Positions 28,650 to 42,150 of a stretch of DNA of 64,000 nucleotides are shown here, in pieces. Within the stretch, counting starts at the first letter, position 1, and each line of letters begins with the position of its first letter. The stretch lies in assembly GCF_009914755.1 (NCBI RefSeq), contig NC_060933.1, one strand, 5' to 3'. This stretch comes from the human T2T-CHM13v2.0 reference genome, Homo sapiens. The position numbers and the translations under genes were made by a program. Under the pieces are notes generated by a model. The model ran no database searches. It had not been told where the DNA came from and saw only the letters and a program-made list of their open reading frames with translations.

Positions 28650-28899
28650 AAAATTTTATAATTCTATACACAAAATTTTAAAAAGTGAATTTGGTTATAT
28701 GTTTTTTAAAAATTACACATACATGTGCATGCATAATTATTTTATAGTCTGCGTAAGATGTATAAGGATGTTGAGTACAAATAAAGGAGACATAATGAAA
28801 CCTTTAAAGATTACCTTCAGTTACAAAATTAATTTGCTAAATTTGTTAAATGAAGTAGTTACCAAATAGTTGTTCTAGTACCCATGGATTACCAAATAC

Positions 28900-29185
28900 A
28901 GTAACTGATTAAAACAGAAAAATGGCCCCAAATATTACTCAGAACTCATAAGAAATGATAAAGAGATAAGTACAATAAAAAAGATACATGGACAGCGATA
29001 GCTGTATGAATCCTGACAACAGAGCAGATGGAGAAGGTGAAATAATAAACTGCAATTTCCTAAACTTACAAGATTAGACTTCTCAGATCAAAATGACAAG
29101 GAAAAATAATGAAAAAAAGATACACATCTAGACTTATACTGGTGGCATTTTAGAATTTCAAGGATAATAAATTCTACAGCACTTG
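28900..29185 (+). mobile_element. Old L1M/HAL1 ORF1-like fragment
   Basis: aatttcctaaacttacaagattagacttctcagatc...cacatctagac...ttagaatttcaaggataa. Confidence 0.5.
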
Positions 29186-29269
29186 GTTGGGGTGAGGGGT
29201 AGACAGCCTTATATGAATAAAAATAAACCCGTGGTTTTACCTTTCACTTTCAGTTTTTGCTATGTGGCA

Positions 29270-29735
29270 AGAAAACATATCCCATCATTTTCATTGGTCC
29301 TCATGGCTAATTGTATTGTTTAGAAGCATAGCCTGTGTATTTCTTGACTCTGTGATTGATCCTGGAAAGAGGACCTAACCCTAACCAAAAATAGTCGTTA
29401 GAAGTGATGACTTATTCAAGCTTGTTAAACTACTCAAAACCAAATAAACTCGATACTTTTTACTTTAAATGTGTTTAGTGCTGTGATAATGTGAGCCTCA
29501 ACATTTCTACTGCCATCTAGCTATCATAGAGTTAATCAGCTTGTGGCTCAAGGTGACACCTAGAATAAACAAGTCATGAAAAGATCTATTGACAGTGTTT
29601 CACACAGAATTTAAAAACTACTGAAGCAAAGCTGCTCCTTGACTCTTCAGTTCCTTGAGCCAAACTATTTTTTCTTGTGTTTAAAAGTCCAGAATAGATT
29701 TTCTTTTATGTGGAATACAATGCATTTTGAAGGAT
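29270..29735 (+). mobile_element. Old MLT1 (J/K-like) LTR
   Basis: gtgattgatcctggaaag...ctgccatctag...gactcttcagttccttgagccaa. Confidence 0.5.
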
Positions 29736-32700
29736 CAAACGATTTAATTTTCATATTATTTTTATTTTCTCTATTCCTTACAATTAAAAAGAAATCAATC
29801 ACAAAATAATTATAATTTTTAGTATCCATAGTATCATAATTGCTCAAGGAATGATGGTTATATATTCTAACTAAAGTGAATATTCTTTATATTCCATTAA
29901 TACACACAATTATTTCTGCTTTCTTTATTCAGTGTAGCAAGCATATGCTGTAAACCCATGTAAGATCATTTTTTACATTTATGATATTTTGAAAATAAAT
30001 TGGCTAGCCCTTGCAGAAAATATTCATGCAAATGTTGATCTACATATACATGGATTCAATTTCCAGATGATTTATGACTACGTATATTGTATGTCATAGG
30101 AAAATAAATCATTAAGGCTTTTGATATTCCACCATATGGGAGGTCTAATGTGAATCCTTTAAGCAATTTATATCATGTCTAAATTTTTTTCTCATTTAAA
30201 TTTTTTCTTTATGATCTTATGCCTAAGAATCAATATAAATAAGTATGAGAATGCACAATAAAACATTTAGTAATTTAAAAACTATATGTGAAAATACAGT
30301 CATATTTTTATAACCAAATAATTGCTTAAGATAAGTTGATATACGTATTATAAATTAGATCACTGTAGTCATTATTGGACAGAAAAACTACACTTTTGAA
30401 AACATCCATAGTAATTTTAGTTTTACCTATATTTGAAATAAATTAGAGCAATACAATATAAAGCAGACAGAAAATAGAAAGCAAATGTAAATTATTAGAC
30501 TGAGTATCTTTACTCACTGAAATACCATTATATTATTCACCAAAGCATTCTGATCAATAGTCTAATCACTAACAAATAGCCACTGGTCAGAAGAGTATCA
30601 CGATTATGAAATCAAGACTAGAGACCATAGTGTCCAGAACCATATATTTCTTTGAAGCTGAAATGAACTTACACGATCAGATTGTTGTAATATGTATGAA
30701 ATTAAATTTGTGTAAGTAATTTGTCCCCACAGTTATTTGTCATTACAAACTGCACGCTTTCCTCCATGTCTTCACAGAGTAAACTATAATCACTCAGAAG
30801 TCAGATATTATGCAGGAAAAAATAGTATATATACCCTAAATAGTTAGCATAATATTATGAAAATTTTGATTACTTAAAAACAGATGATAAAATCACATAT
30901 TCTAGGATTTAAAAAAATTTAATATATTTTTGTTTTGACTCAGCTCTCTTGGTTAGCTAAGGATTTTGCTTCTCATTTGTAAATAAGTTACAAAATGGAA
31001 TTTTTAAAAAGATTTTGTAGTTATAAAAATGACTAATAATTATTTCACTAATCTATTCTTCAGAGTCATCTTCATAACTGATTCTCATTAATCATTGACT
31101 GTTGACTAAAATTATATTTGAAATAAATGAAGTGACCTTGTGAATATTACTAAACTTTAACCTAGAATTAATTTAAATATTTCAGCTTTATATGGGGGCA
31201 TATTTGTATTTGTATTCCTAAAAAGATAAACCAAGGAAAAGAAGTTCTAAATGAAAAAGAAATTCTAAATGAAAATTATGTATAACATATATTAACATGT
31301 ATGATAGCTTGTTTGTGATTAGGTACAAGATCTTTTTTATTGCCTGTATTCCTGTTAATATAATTTATATGATAGAAAAATAAAATTTGTTTTATTTAAA
31401 TTATTACATTAATAGTTTTATGGTAAAAATGTATTATATGATTATAGACAACTTGAAAAACAAAGCAAAGCATAATACAAAAATTAAAAATGATTATTTG
31501 TCTAGTATTGTACAGAAAATAGTTTAAAATTTAGCTTATTTTCTTTGAGAGGTTTAGAAGCAAATTAAGTTTTTAGCTGATAATATGCCTACATACATAA
31601 AAATCTAGCCACTGGCCACAAGCATTGGTTCATTAGTTATTTAGATGCTCAGTTTAAAACTATTTTATTTACTTTAGTCAGAGTGGTACTTGCTCTTTGG
31701 AAGAATGACTGTTTCTTCTTAGAGGATATATGTGTGCATGCATTTTTTATATGTATACATAATTTATTTGCTTGGGGGATGTGAATGTCTACTAATTTTT
31801 TTAATTGTTTGATGGTAATAATGGCTAGATTTGCAAATGTGAAAAGTCACATGGCTGAGCTATTTCCTAGAGCCTAAATGCATAAATGATAGAGCCTAAA
31901 TACCTGCATCTTTTGCCAGTTTCTGTGACTTATCAGGAATCTTGGAAGTTAACAAGGTAGATCCAAAACAAACTCATTCAGTTGACTATTGATGCTAGTG
32001 AAAATATGATAGCTCATTCTGTATAATTGTGTATATTTACAAATGTAGAACTATTAACTTCACAGAGAGCTCAACTTCCTGTTAGGAAAGTTTTTGGAAT
32101 AATGCAATTTGTTGTTGACTTTGTTTATGGTTTCGTATTATTACTGTAATATCTATTTTTCATTAGCCTTAAAAAGCTGGTCACATATGAAATTAATTTG
32201 ACTATTGTGAGAAATGAAGCTTATTTCTGAAGAGAAAGTATATTTTGGAAAAATATTTTTATTTTGTATTGTTTTCTTAAATAATAAATAACCTAGAAAT
32301 ACAATTGACCATTGCCACCAAAATGGGTTTGTAAAAAATATATGAAATAGGAAGATTTGGAGAATGGAGGCAGTTCAGTGGAGTCTTTGGGACAAAATTA
32401 TTATTAATGTGAAATAATGCATATGTAAAGGTAAAAGAAGCAATGGCTATAATGTAAGATAATAGAAAATAAATGGATGAAGAAAAACAGTAAATTTCAA
32501 ACATAAATGACACAATTACAGGAAGAAAAGAAAATCAGACTGCCAAAGCTGCTTTTCTCAGCAAGATTTTATTCATCTTTAGCTCTTTTAGAGTGCAAAT
32601 TCCATTTCTCTTTGGTATACATGATATTTCTAAATAAACGGTAAGATGAATGGGTTTGTTAAAAACAGGGATCATAGATCTAACTCCAAAAAGGTCTCAC

Positions 32701-32825
32701 TATTCGGTGGGGAAAGCATAGTTTTTCACATTGACTTTGATTCCTCACATTATGACTTAATTAACATGATTCATTAATCACTACCCAACTTATTATAAGC
32801 CAATTATTTTATGTTTGTATAGACA

Positions 32826-34055
32826 TAACTTCTTGAGTGGAAGCCTGAGTAGCTTCATGGACCCTCTCCTCAGTGAAACTACCATGCAGGTGAACATTAT
32901 TTTTTTTTAAAAAAATTCAGGTTTCTGGAAATTTTCTAAAGGGCATACAGTAAATAAGAAACATTTATTCAAGAAAATGTAATAGATATTGATAATAGCA
33001 GTGACAGTCTGAGCTTTTGAGCCAGGACCCACTCTCCTCATCAACCTTCACCCCACTCCTGCCCAGCTCAGCATGACTGAAGCACCATCCTGGGTGGGTG
33101 CAGCCAAGAACATAGTGCTCCTCTCTTCCAAATTTCAAGTTGAGGGCTATGGTATTTCCTTGTGAAGAGCAGGTAACTAGCATTTCTCATTTCATCCCAG
33201 CTCCATGTAGCAGAATCTCTATTCTAGACAAGAGCTACCGAGAGGTCTGGGGTTCTCTTCCTTGATCCACTCAGCTCCGTTTTGTAGGGTGAAAGTTCTA
33301 CCACAGGTGCAATAGGCCACAATGACCAGTGGCCCAATCACCCGATCTCCAGCTTATTTGTAGGGAGGATGTTTCACATCTGGAGAATCAAGCTGAGAAG
33401 ACTCAAGGCTTCTGCTCCAACCAGTGCCATGCTTGTAAAGCATATATGCCACTCCAAAAGAAGTAGCCCACTCTTCCTACCCCAACCTTGAGCAGTGGCA
33501 GAGATTTTGCCCAGGGGGAGAGGCAGAGATTAACAGAGATTAACAACAGAGATTTATGAAGCCTCTCCCAAGGCAACTCACTTTATTTGGAACAGAGTAT
33601 GAGAAAGTGCAAGCTTAAGGGCTTCCTGGAAAGAAAAAACTGGAGATTTCAAGATAAGCAACTGAGAGGAAATATGTGAACAGTTAGAGGAAAGTTTCTC
33701 AATGAATACAGCAAACTAAACCCAGGCTGAGCTAGAAGCTTACCACAGAGAACCAGGGATAAAAGAGGCTAAGAAGAGCCCTCCTGGCAGCAGAACATAT
33801 CTCTAAGACTGGCTTCAAATACTATGTCTGTAAAGGGACTAAAATTTAATTGGATCAGACTGTGGAGCAATTTATTGGGGAATTGTCAAAAAACAATACA
33901 GTGATTAGCAAGCAGTTAGTGAAGGTGAACAGCTTACTGTAATACCAAGAAGCAAACAATTTAACAGAGAAATCAGGGAAAGAGATAGTCAAATTGAGAC
34001 CTGACCTGCTAAAATCACTGTCATCACAAGGTCACTGTATACATGTCCAAGGATT
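32826..34055 (+). mobile_element. L1M (MC/MD-like) 5'UTR region
   Basis: ggaccctctcctcagtgaaac...tctggaaattttctaaagggcatacag...acatttattcaagaaaat; locally higher GC. Confidence 0.6.
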
Positions 34056-34184
34056 TGGACATAGTTTCAGACTTCCAACAACAACAACAACAGCAAAAAA
34101 CAACGATTCTTATAGTTTTTGTGAGCTTATTGCTTATGCAGATAAATGAATTTTGGAATTTTCCACTCTACTATTTCTCTGTCA

Positions 34185-36007
34185 AAGTCAATCAATTATT
34201 GACATGGGTGCCAAGGTGATTCAATGAGGAAAAATGGTATCTTCAACAAATAATGCTGAGATAACTGCATATTCACATGCAAAAAATGAAGTTGGATCAT
34301 TTCCTTACACTGTATACAATAATTAATTCAAAATGGATCATATAGCTCAATAGCTAAAATTATAAAACTCATAGAAGAGAAAGGATAAATCTTAATCTGG
34401 GATTAGGCAAAGACTTCTTGGCTATGACTCCTAAAGCACAAGCGAAGAAAAAAAAAACATAAATTGAACCTCACAAAATTTAGAAAACTGTGCTTCAAAG
34501 AGCACAAGAAAGTAAAAAGACAATCCACAGAATAGAAAAAAAAATATTTGCAAGTCACATATCTAATACAAAAATTGTATCTGGAACACATCGATAATAT
34601 TTCTAAATAATAAAAAGACACATTACTCGTTTATATAATGGAAAAATGTTTTAATAGCTGTTTCTCCAAATAAGACATACAAGTGTCCAATAAGCCCATG
34701 AAAAGAGGATCAATAACCTTATCCATCAGGAAAATGCAAATCAAAACCACCATAAGATACAACTTCACACCCACTAAAGTAGCTATAATAATAATAAAAA
34801 AAGTGTTGGCAAGAATTTGAAGAAATTGTAAGCCTCGGACTTTTCTGATCAGCATGTAAAATTATGCAGCCATTTTTAAAATTAGTCCAGCTGTTCATCA
34901 AAAATTTAAACTTAAACTTATTATATCACCCAGTAAATTCATTTCTAGATATATACCCCAAAGAAATGCAAACATATATTTATACAAAAACTTGTACGTG
35001 AATGTTAATTGTAACATTAAACCCAAATATCTATCAACAGATGAATGGGTGAATAAAATATGGTACATAATTATAGTACAATTTTATTCAGCAATAAAAA
35101 TATAAAGTAGTAATTCATTCTTCAACGTGGATGAACCTTGAAAACATTATGCTAAGTGAAATAAGCTGATCACACATAAAACATATATTGTATAATTCCC
35201 ATATTGGGTGCATATATATTTAGGATAGTTAGCTCTTCTTGTTGAATTGATCCCTTTACCATTATGTAATGGCCTTCTTTGTCTCTTTTGATGTTTGTTG
35301 GCTTAAGGTTTGTTTTATCAGAGACTAGGATTGCAACCCCTGCATTTTTTTGTTTTCCATTTGCTTGGTGGATCTTCCTCCATCCCTTTATTTTGAGCCT
35401 ATGTGTGTCTCTGCACGTGAGATGGGTTTCCTGAATACAGCACATTGATAGGTCTTGACTGTTTATCCGATTTGCCAGTCTGTGTCTTTTAATTGGAGCA
35501 TTTAGCCCATTTACATTTAAGGTTAATATTGTTATGTGTGAATTTGATCCTGTTATTATGATGTTATCTGGTTATTTTGCTCATTAGTTGATGCAGTTTC
35601 TTTCTAGCCTTGATGGTCTTTACAATTTGGCATGTTTTTGTAGTGGCTGGTACTGGTTGTTCCTTTCCATGTTTAGTGCTTCCTTTAGGAGCTCTTGTAG
35701 GGCAGGCCTGGTGGTGACAAAATCTCTCAGCATTTTCTTGTGTAATTCCCATTTACAAAGATTATCCAAAAGAGAAAAATCTATTGAAATAAAGAATAGA
35801 TAAATAGTTGCTTTGGCTGGAGAATTGGGGGGAAATGGGAAGATACTACTAAATTTATATGAGGCTTCTTTTTGAAATTACAAAAATTTTTAAAAATTAT
35901 GGTGATGATTGCACTACAATCAATTATGCTACAGTCCATTAAATGTTACTTTAAATGGATAAAGCGAATGTTATATGAATTGTATTTCAATAAAGGTGTT
36001 ATAAAAA
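34185..36007 (+). mobile_element. L1MB7/8-like ORF2 end and 3'UTR, split by an L1PA insert
   Basis: ggtgccaaggtgattcaatgagg...ggatgaaccttgaaaacattatgctaagtgaa...gaattgtatttcaataaag. Confidence 0.88.
35203..35737 (-). mobile_element. Internal L1PA fragment (ORF1 end, spacer, ORF2 endonuclease start), tailless, 15-bp TSD
   Basis: The ORF at 35170-35445 gives CCIQETHLTCRDTHRLKIKGW...LNIYAPN (L1 endonuclease); the ORF2 ATG reads ATA here; flanks are ttgtataattcccat / ttgtgtaattcccat. Confidence 0.95.
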
Positions 36008-36051
36008 TTCACATAAAATGAACATAAACTTGTTTTATATTTTTCATTATA

Positions 36052-36520
36052 TCAGAGACCACGTAGCTGACCACAGGTTCATGAGTGAGGCTATCAAAGA
36101 CCAGATGAGGCCAGGCGCAGTGGCTCACATCTGTAATCCCAACACTTAGGGAGGCCAAGGCGGGTGGGTCATGAGGTCAGGAGATGGAGACCATCTGGCT
36201 AACATGGTGAAACCCCATCTCTACTTAAAATACGAAAAATCAGCCGGGTGTGGCGGCAGGTGCCTGTAGTCCCAGCTAATCCAGAGGCTGAGGCAGGAGA
36301 ATCCCTTGAACCCTTGAACATGGGAGGTGGAGGTTCCAGTGAGCCGAGATCTCGCCACTGCACTCCAGCCTGGTCGACAGAGGGAACTCTGTTTCAAAAA
36401 AAAAGACCAGATGAACCTTCCAGCAGATTCCAGTCCAAAATACTTATCTACAAAATCCTGAGATAATTATTTTTGTCACTCTTTAAGTGGCTTCTTACAT
36501 GACAAACGTGAACTGATACA
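36052..36520 (+). mobile_element. MLT1 (G/H-like) LTR 3' part hosting an Alu
   Basis: cacaggttcatgagtgag...accttccagcagattccagtcc...aactgataca. Confidence 0.6.
36109..36401 (+). mobile_element. AluSc-like
   Basis: Perfect 13-bp TSD aaagaccagatga at 36096-36108 and 36402-36414; internal cccttgaa duplication. Confidence 0.96.
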
Positions 36521-36584
36521 AATCCTATAATCTCACGTCTCACATGTACATACAACTCAGACAATTATTGCTTTCTTTCTTTCA

Positions 36585-36820
36585 TTTAGTCTACCTATTT
36601 GCCAGGATCCATGCTAAGGGATTCAAATGAATTGTTTTATTTGATCATTACAATGCTCTTTGGGCTAGATACTATTAATATTTCCATTTTATAGATGAGA
36701 AACCTGAAGTCCTAAGAAATTATGCTACTTATTCGAAGTTAAAAGGATATACGTGTGACAAAACCAGTGCTTAAACTCATGTTTAGTCATCACATCACAA
36801 ATCCCATGCATTTACTCACA
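36585..36820 (-). mobile_element. MIR
   Basis: ccattttatagatgagaaacctgaag core. Confidence 0.75.
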
Positions 36821-37449
36821 TGTAAGGTACTGACTAGTCATAGTTTATATATACTTTTATACAGTTGTATAACTGCTTTAGAAAAAATATTATTTCATGA
36901 GCATATTCTTAAGAAATAATATCTTTTTGAAAGCATCATTTTAAATTACTGCATTTCATTATATGGATGTAATTATTTTTTGTTGCAGTAAGAATTTTTT
37001 GACACTTTTTCTTAGCAGAAAGTATAATTTTATTGTATTTGAAAGAAATTATGAAAATTTTCTTGATATGAAAATGTTCTTGATATTATAAAACTGTTCA
37101 CATGGAATAAAATAAAGAACAAAGAATGAGATTCAATGAGGATTATGCTAACCTCCTTTGACATTAAATTAACTGAAAACTCTACTGTGGGTTTGGCCCT
37201 TTTCTATTTTTTTAAAGGCCTACTTATTTTGAATTATCGAATTTATATATATTTAAATTAGCTTCATATTCATTTATTCTTACTGTATTCATTTTGGTAA
37301 ATTACCAGTTCTTTCCAATAAGAAAGGTTTTACTTTTTTTTCTTTGCCTTGTCAAAATTATTTCTTCATGATGATGCACTTGCAAATTAGAAAAGTTTTT
37401 TCCTCCAGTTTATACTAAACCAAAATTCTTACCATATTTGTGAAGGACA

Positions 37450-38090
37450 ACTTTTTAAAACTTTCAATTTTGTCATAATTTTAAATTCACAGAACATGAA
37501 ACATGGTGAAAGCAACTCCCAATATCCAGATTTAGAATTTATATGTGGTCCTACTTATCATTTTCTATTATTTTTTTTTGAACCATTTGAGGTTATGCTT
37601 AAGATACCATGCATTTTTATCCCTGAATTTTGCTATTTATTTCATAGAAACACAGATATTAGCCTATGTAATCACAGTACAGTTAACAAAATCAGAACAA
37701 TTAGAATGTATATAATAATATTATCTTACTCATAGTTAATACTCAAATTTTGTTATTCTAATATTTTTATGATTTATTTTTCCTAGTCCAGGACCTAGTC
37801 CAGATGAATGTATTGTAACATTACATTACATCGTAACACTGTGTAATGGTTGTCACACATTACATTTACTTGTTGTATTCCTTTAGTTTCTTTAAATCAA
37901 AATCAGTTCCTCATCCTTACTTTGTATTTCTCAACCTTGAAGTTTATGAAAAAGACAAGCCAAATATGTTGGAGAATGCCTCTCAATTTGTTTTTTTCTG
38001 ATGATTCTTCACAGTTAGGCTTAGATTATGCCTTTTATTGGCAGAAATAACACTGATGTGAGGGTGTGCCCTTGTCATCGCATTCTGTGC
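37450..38090 (-). mobile_element. L1MC4/5-like 3' fragment
   Basis: cctatgtaatcacagtacagtt...tagtccaggacctagtccag...tggagaatgcctctcaatttg. Confidence 0.7.
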
Positions 38091-41030
38091 TATCTTTTGT
38101 GAATTTTTGGGGAAAAAAATTATCACCAGTGCTTTGACTTTTGCAGACATGAAAAGAGCAAACGAGTTTTTCATTATTTTCTCTTTTCCATTTCTCCCTC
38201 TGTTGCTTCCACTCTTTTATCCTTAGAACTTATTCAAAACCCCAAATATATAGTTATTGAAAACCTAGAATTATGATTAAGTGAAGTGTCTAGGGAATAA
38301 TTGTAAGGCAATCTACAAGCAAAAGTATGGTATTATATAATTTACCTTTATGGAGCAATAATGAGTAAACAGATCATGTATCAGAATGGAATGGGGTTAG
38401 TCATTGCAGGTTTCCTATGTGATATACAAATCCAACTTTTTAAAGATATGAAAGAAGTAATATAAAGCCACACTGAGATAAAATAATAAATAGGGTTAGA
38501 AGCATGAGGCAAGTGGAGAAATAGATACTTTGTCAGGAGTTTTCTGGGGAGATCCCAAGGCAGGTAGCGTTATTAGAATAAAACTGCTCAACTGCAGATT
38601 AATAATGAAAAACAAAAGGCCAGTTGAGAAGATTTTTTAAATATTGGCCCAAACACTCCAGGATTTATTTGATAGACTTTGTGCATACATGTTTGGGAAA
38701 TTGCTTCACAATTCCAGTGAAAGACAACTTTGTAATTCTTAATTTATTAGGAATTTGTGAAAATCTTAAACGTTAAGAAGTCTTTGCTTTAGCAGCAATT
38801 TTATTCTATAGAGAAGCAGCTTATGTACGCTTGATGGAGAACAAAGCTTGTCATATTAGCAAGTGTTTTAGCCAGATATTAGTGTGCTTGTGGATAATAC
38901 AAATGATCCTGGTTTACAGTTCTTTACCAGAGCATGTTTTTTAAATGTAAGAAAAAACAAGCCAATATGAAGGACTTAATGTGGAGAAAGTATGTAACCC
39001 AAATTCAATGGAAATTCAAAATAATTCATGAAACTGACAGAACGCAAAGAATGTGAATTGACATATAATGCACTTAACAATCAACATATGCAGTTTTTAA
39101 TGCACTTTCCACATGACTGTTATTAGCAGTTTCTCAGATTCTCAGTTTCTGATTGTCTTCTATCACTGCATAGGAGGCTTAGTGACCCTGGGGTCATGGC
39201 TCTCTAGTTTTAGGTTTTGTAATAGAAATAACCACAAGCACTTAGAGCCTTCATGTAACATCTGTGACCCAGCTACACTGATGTGCTGTGCATTTTTGCT
39301 CTTGTCAGTATAAATCCTCAAGCTCAGTCATTTCAACTGAGGACGCCAAGGAGAGCATCTAAGAAGATGCATGTAGCTCTTATATCTCTATGCATAGGGA
39401 AAATAAAAAATTTTGGCCTCATCATAGAGATATATGTGTTTAATCCAACCATTATTTTTAAAATTGGAGTATCCACTTTTCTTTGAGCCAGTATCCACCA
39501 TATGTCTAGTTTTGTACTTACCTTTCTGTTTAGAACGTTTAAAGGGAGAGAGATGTTACTCACCCATGGTTTCTGGATACCAATACTGCTGGGTTTGCTG
39601 TTACTATCTCTTATCCCATGCTAATATTACTAATGTTCCTGCTACTTACTATTGTTGTTACACTAGTGCGACATGTTTGATGTTACATTAATGAATCCTG
39701 TTTTTGTTCCACAGTGGCCACAAGATCATGCATTGTGCACCATTTATTCCCTGAGTACCACAGCTCCTTTTGCTCCCAGTGGAAAGGAAGCTATTCCCTC
39801 TGTCACTTTCTGTCATTCTATTGTTGCCTTCAAGTGATTATATACTTTTAAGCACTTCTCTCCTCAGTCTTCCAAATAATGTTATTTAAGGGTCCCCAGT
39901 TTGAGAAAATTGCTCCGAATTTCTCACAGCCTAAAATGTGGGTAGGAAGGAAGGAGAATTTGGTGTAAATGTTCCCTGTAACAGGAATTATTCTTTAACA
40001 AAAATCCCAGTCATTCTTTCATTTTTCTTTACCTTGGAGTAGAATTTCTGTTTTCTTAGTGGCACCTTTCCCTATAATTGAATAATCTTTCAGAAAAAAT
40101 ATTTTAATCATCAATTTAGATTAAAAGATTTATTCTCAGTTTCCAGGAAGTGTAGTATAATCTCCATTATATCTCCTTAAGGATCAAAGTATCCTAACAA
40201 AAGGAGGATTTTTGGGTCTCCCATTTTCATTCCACAAATGTTTATTTGGTGTGTACTACATGCCACTTACTGGAGCAGACAGTAACATCAGGAAACAAAG
40301 CATACACCCTCAAAACAACAACCTGAACTCTTATTCTACTTTCCTATGAAAGATTTCTCCATATTAGGTAGGCGCTTATTTAAATCAGACCCTTTGTACT
40401 CTTTAATTATAGAAAGAAGGGAAAGAAAGTTGAAGACAGCAACCAAGAGACAAAGGCTGGGTAACCAATAGGTACATGATCTGTGAAAGATGAAACTCAA
40501 ATACTTTTGTAAGAGAGAAAAGTTTTTGTTCTGGTATAAAGAACATTTTTTCTTGTCTGATAATTTTTAATGTCCCACCTCAATCCATGAGAAATGATAC
40601 GCAAAGCTGTCAAAAAAATTGGATCTTGGAAATAGGCAAAGGATATTACATGGGGTTGTCTGATTCTAGTGGTGTGCATCTTTGAATGACTTTTTATTGC
40701 CTAGTTTTTTGAAACGATTTTGGAGTACAAGGTAAGCTGTGGAAAACCGAGGGCAACGCAAATGTTTCTTGCCTCTAGCAATAAAAATAAATTTTGTCTA
40801 GTGAAGAATATTAACCTCTGCAAGTCAAATTCTCATTTTAGCCAGTGTTGCCAGCTTATTAATCTCATTAATTAATAAATTGAAGGAAGTGTTTAACATA
40901 GTTCATTTTATGTTTGTATGAGAGTCATGATTTTACCTTTTCCAAAATCATAATTCAGAAGGCCTACAATGAAGTTTGATTCTTATGCATTTTAGCCCTT
41001 TAGACTGCCTTGAAAGTACTTTGTTTATCA

Positions 41031-41341
<311 letters not shown>

Positions 41342-41759
41342 TCATCCTTGAAACATTAAATGGTAATTCCTTATAAAACATTTTTATGAACAGCATAGGT
41401 AGAGAAAGATCTAAAGTGAAGGAGATTTTAAGTAGGTCTGCAAAATTACCTGCAATTTTCAAAAAAAAATTTTAGAGTTATGGCTCCCATAGTCTGCGTG
41501 ATTAATCAGTTTTCAAAAGACCTTTAGAAATTTTAATATATATTTTGATTTAGGGATATATGATCAGTAAAGTGTTATTGTCCACTTAAATCAACTTATG
41601 TCATGATTATCTTTAGTATGCTATTCAGATTGCAAGAGAGAGACATTTGCATTGTAAAATGTAAAAAATCTAAAGTCTTTAAGAAGAAAATAATTTCTCA
41701 AGCAGGGAAAATGAAGTAATTATTTAAAGTGATTGACTTCTATGCTACTCCTATAAGAC

Positions 41760-42150
41760 ATATAAAACTTTTTATCTGGCTTTTTCATTTAAAATTTTAG
41801 TATATGTATTTCTCTCCATGCAACTAAAACTTTGAAAATATGATTTTTAATGATAGCATAATGTTTTATTGCGTGATAGTATTAAGATTTACTCACTTCT
41901 TTGTTTAAAATTTTGGATATTTCCAGAATTATTCTAAATATAGGTGCCATATTGTGATAAACATTTTAGTTTATAGATCATTGATGACTTTTCAAGATAT
42001 TTGCTTGGACATCCAAAGTGGATTTGTCCCTTCAAAGAATGTTGGCATTTTTTAAGATGCTTGATATATATTTTCTAATTATTTCAAGAAATAGTGCACC
42101 AATTTACAATCCTAGCAAAGAGCATCTGTCTCATAAGCATTAGCCAGTTT
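41760..42150 (-). mobile_element. Old L1ME fragment
   Basis: tgatttttaatgatagcataatgtttt...gtgcaccaatttacaatcctagca. Confidence 0.55.

Noticed and set aside
35170-35445. L1 endonuclease ORF as a functional gene
   Set aside because: It is only a fragment, the ORF2 start codon is mutated, and there is no reverse transcriptase domain.
40722-40737. Strong donor-like sites (aag|gtaagc here; similar near 23590, 25600, 43025 and 54481)
   Set aside because: No paired acceptor with an open frame was found; such sites are expected by chance in 64 kb.
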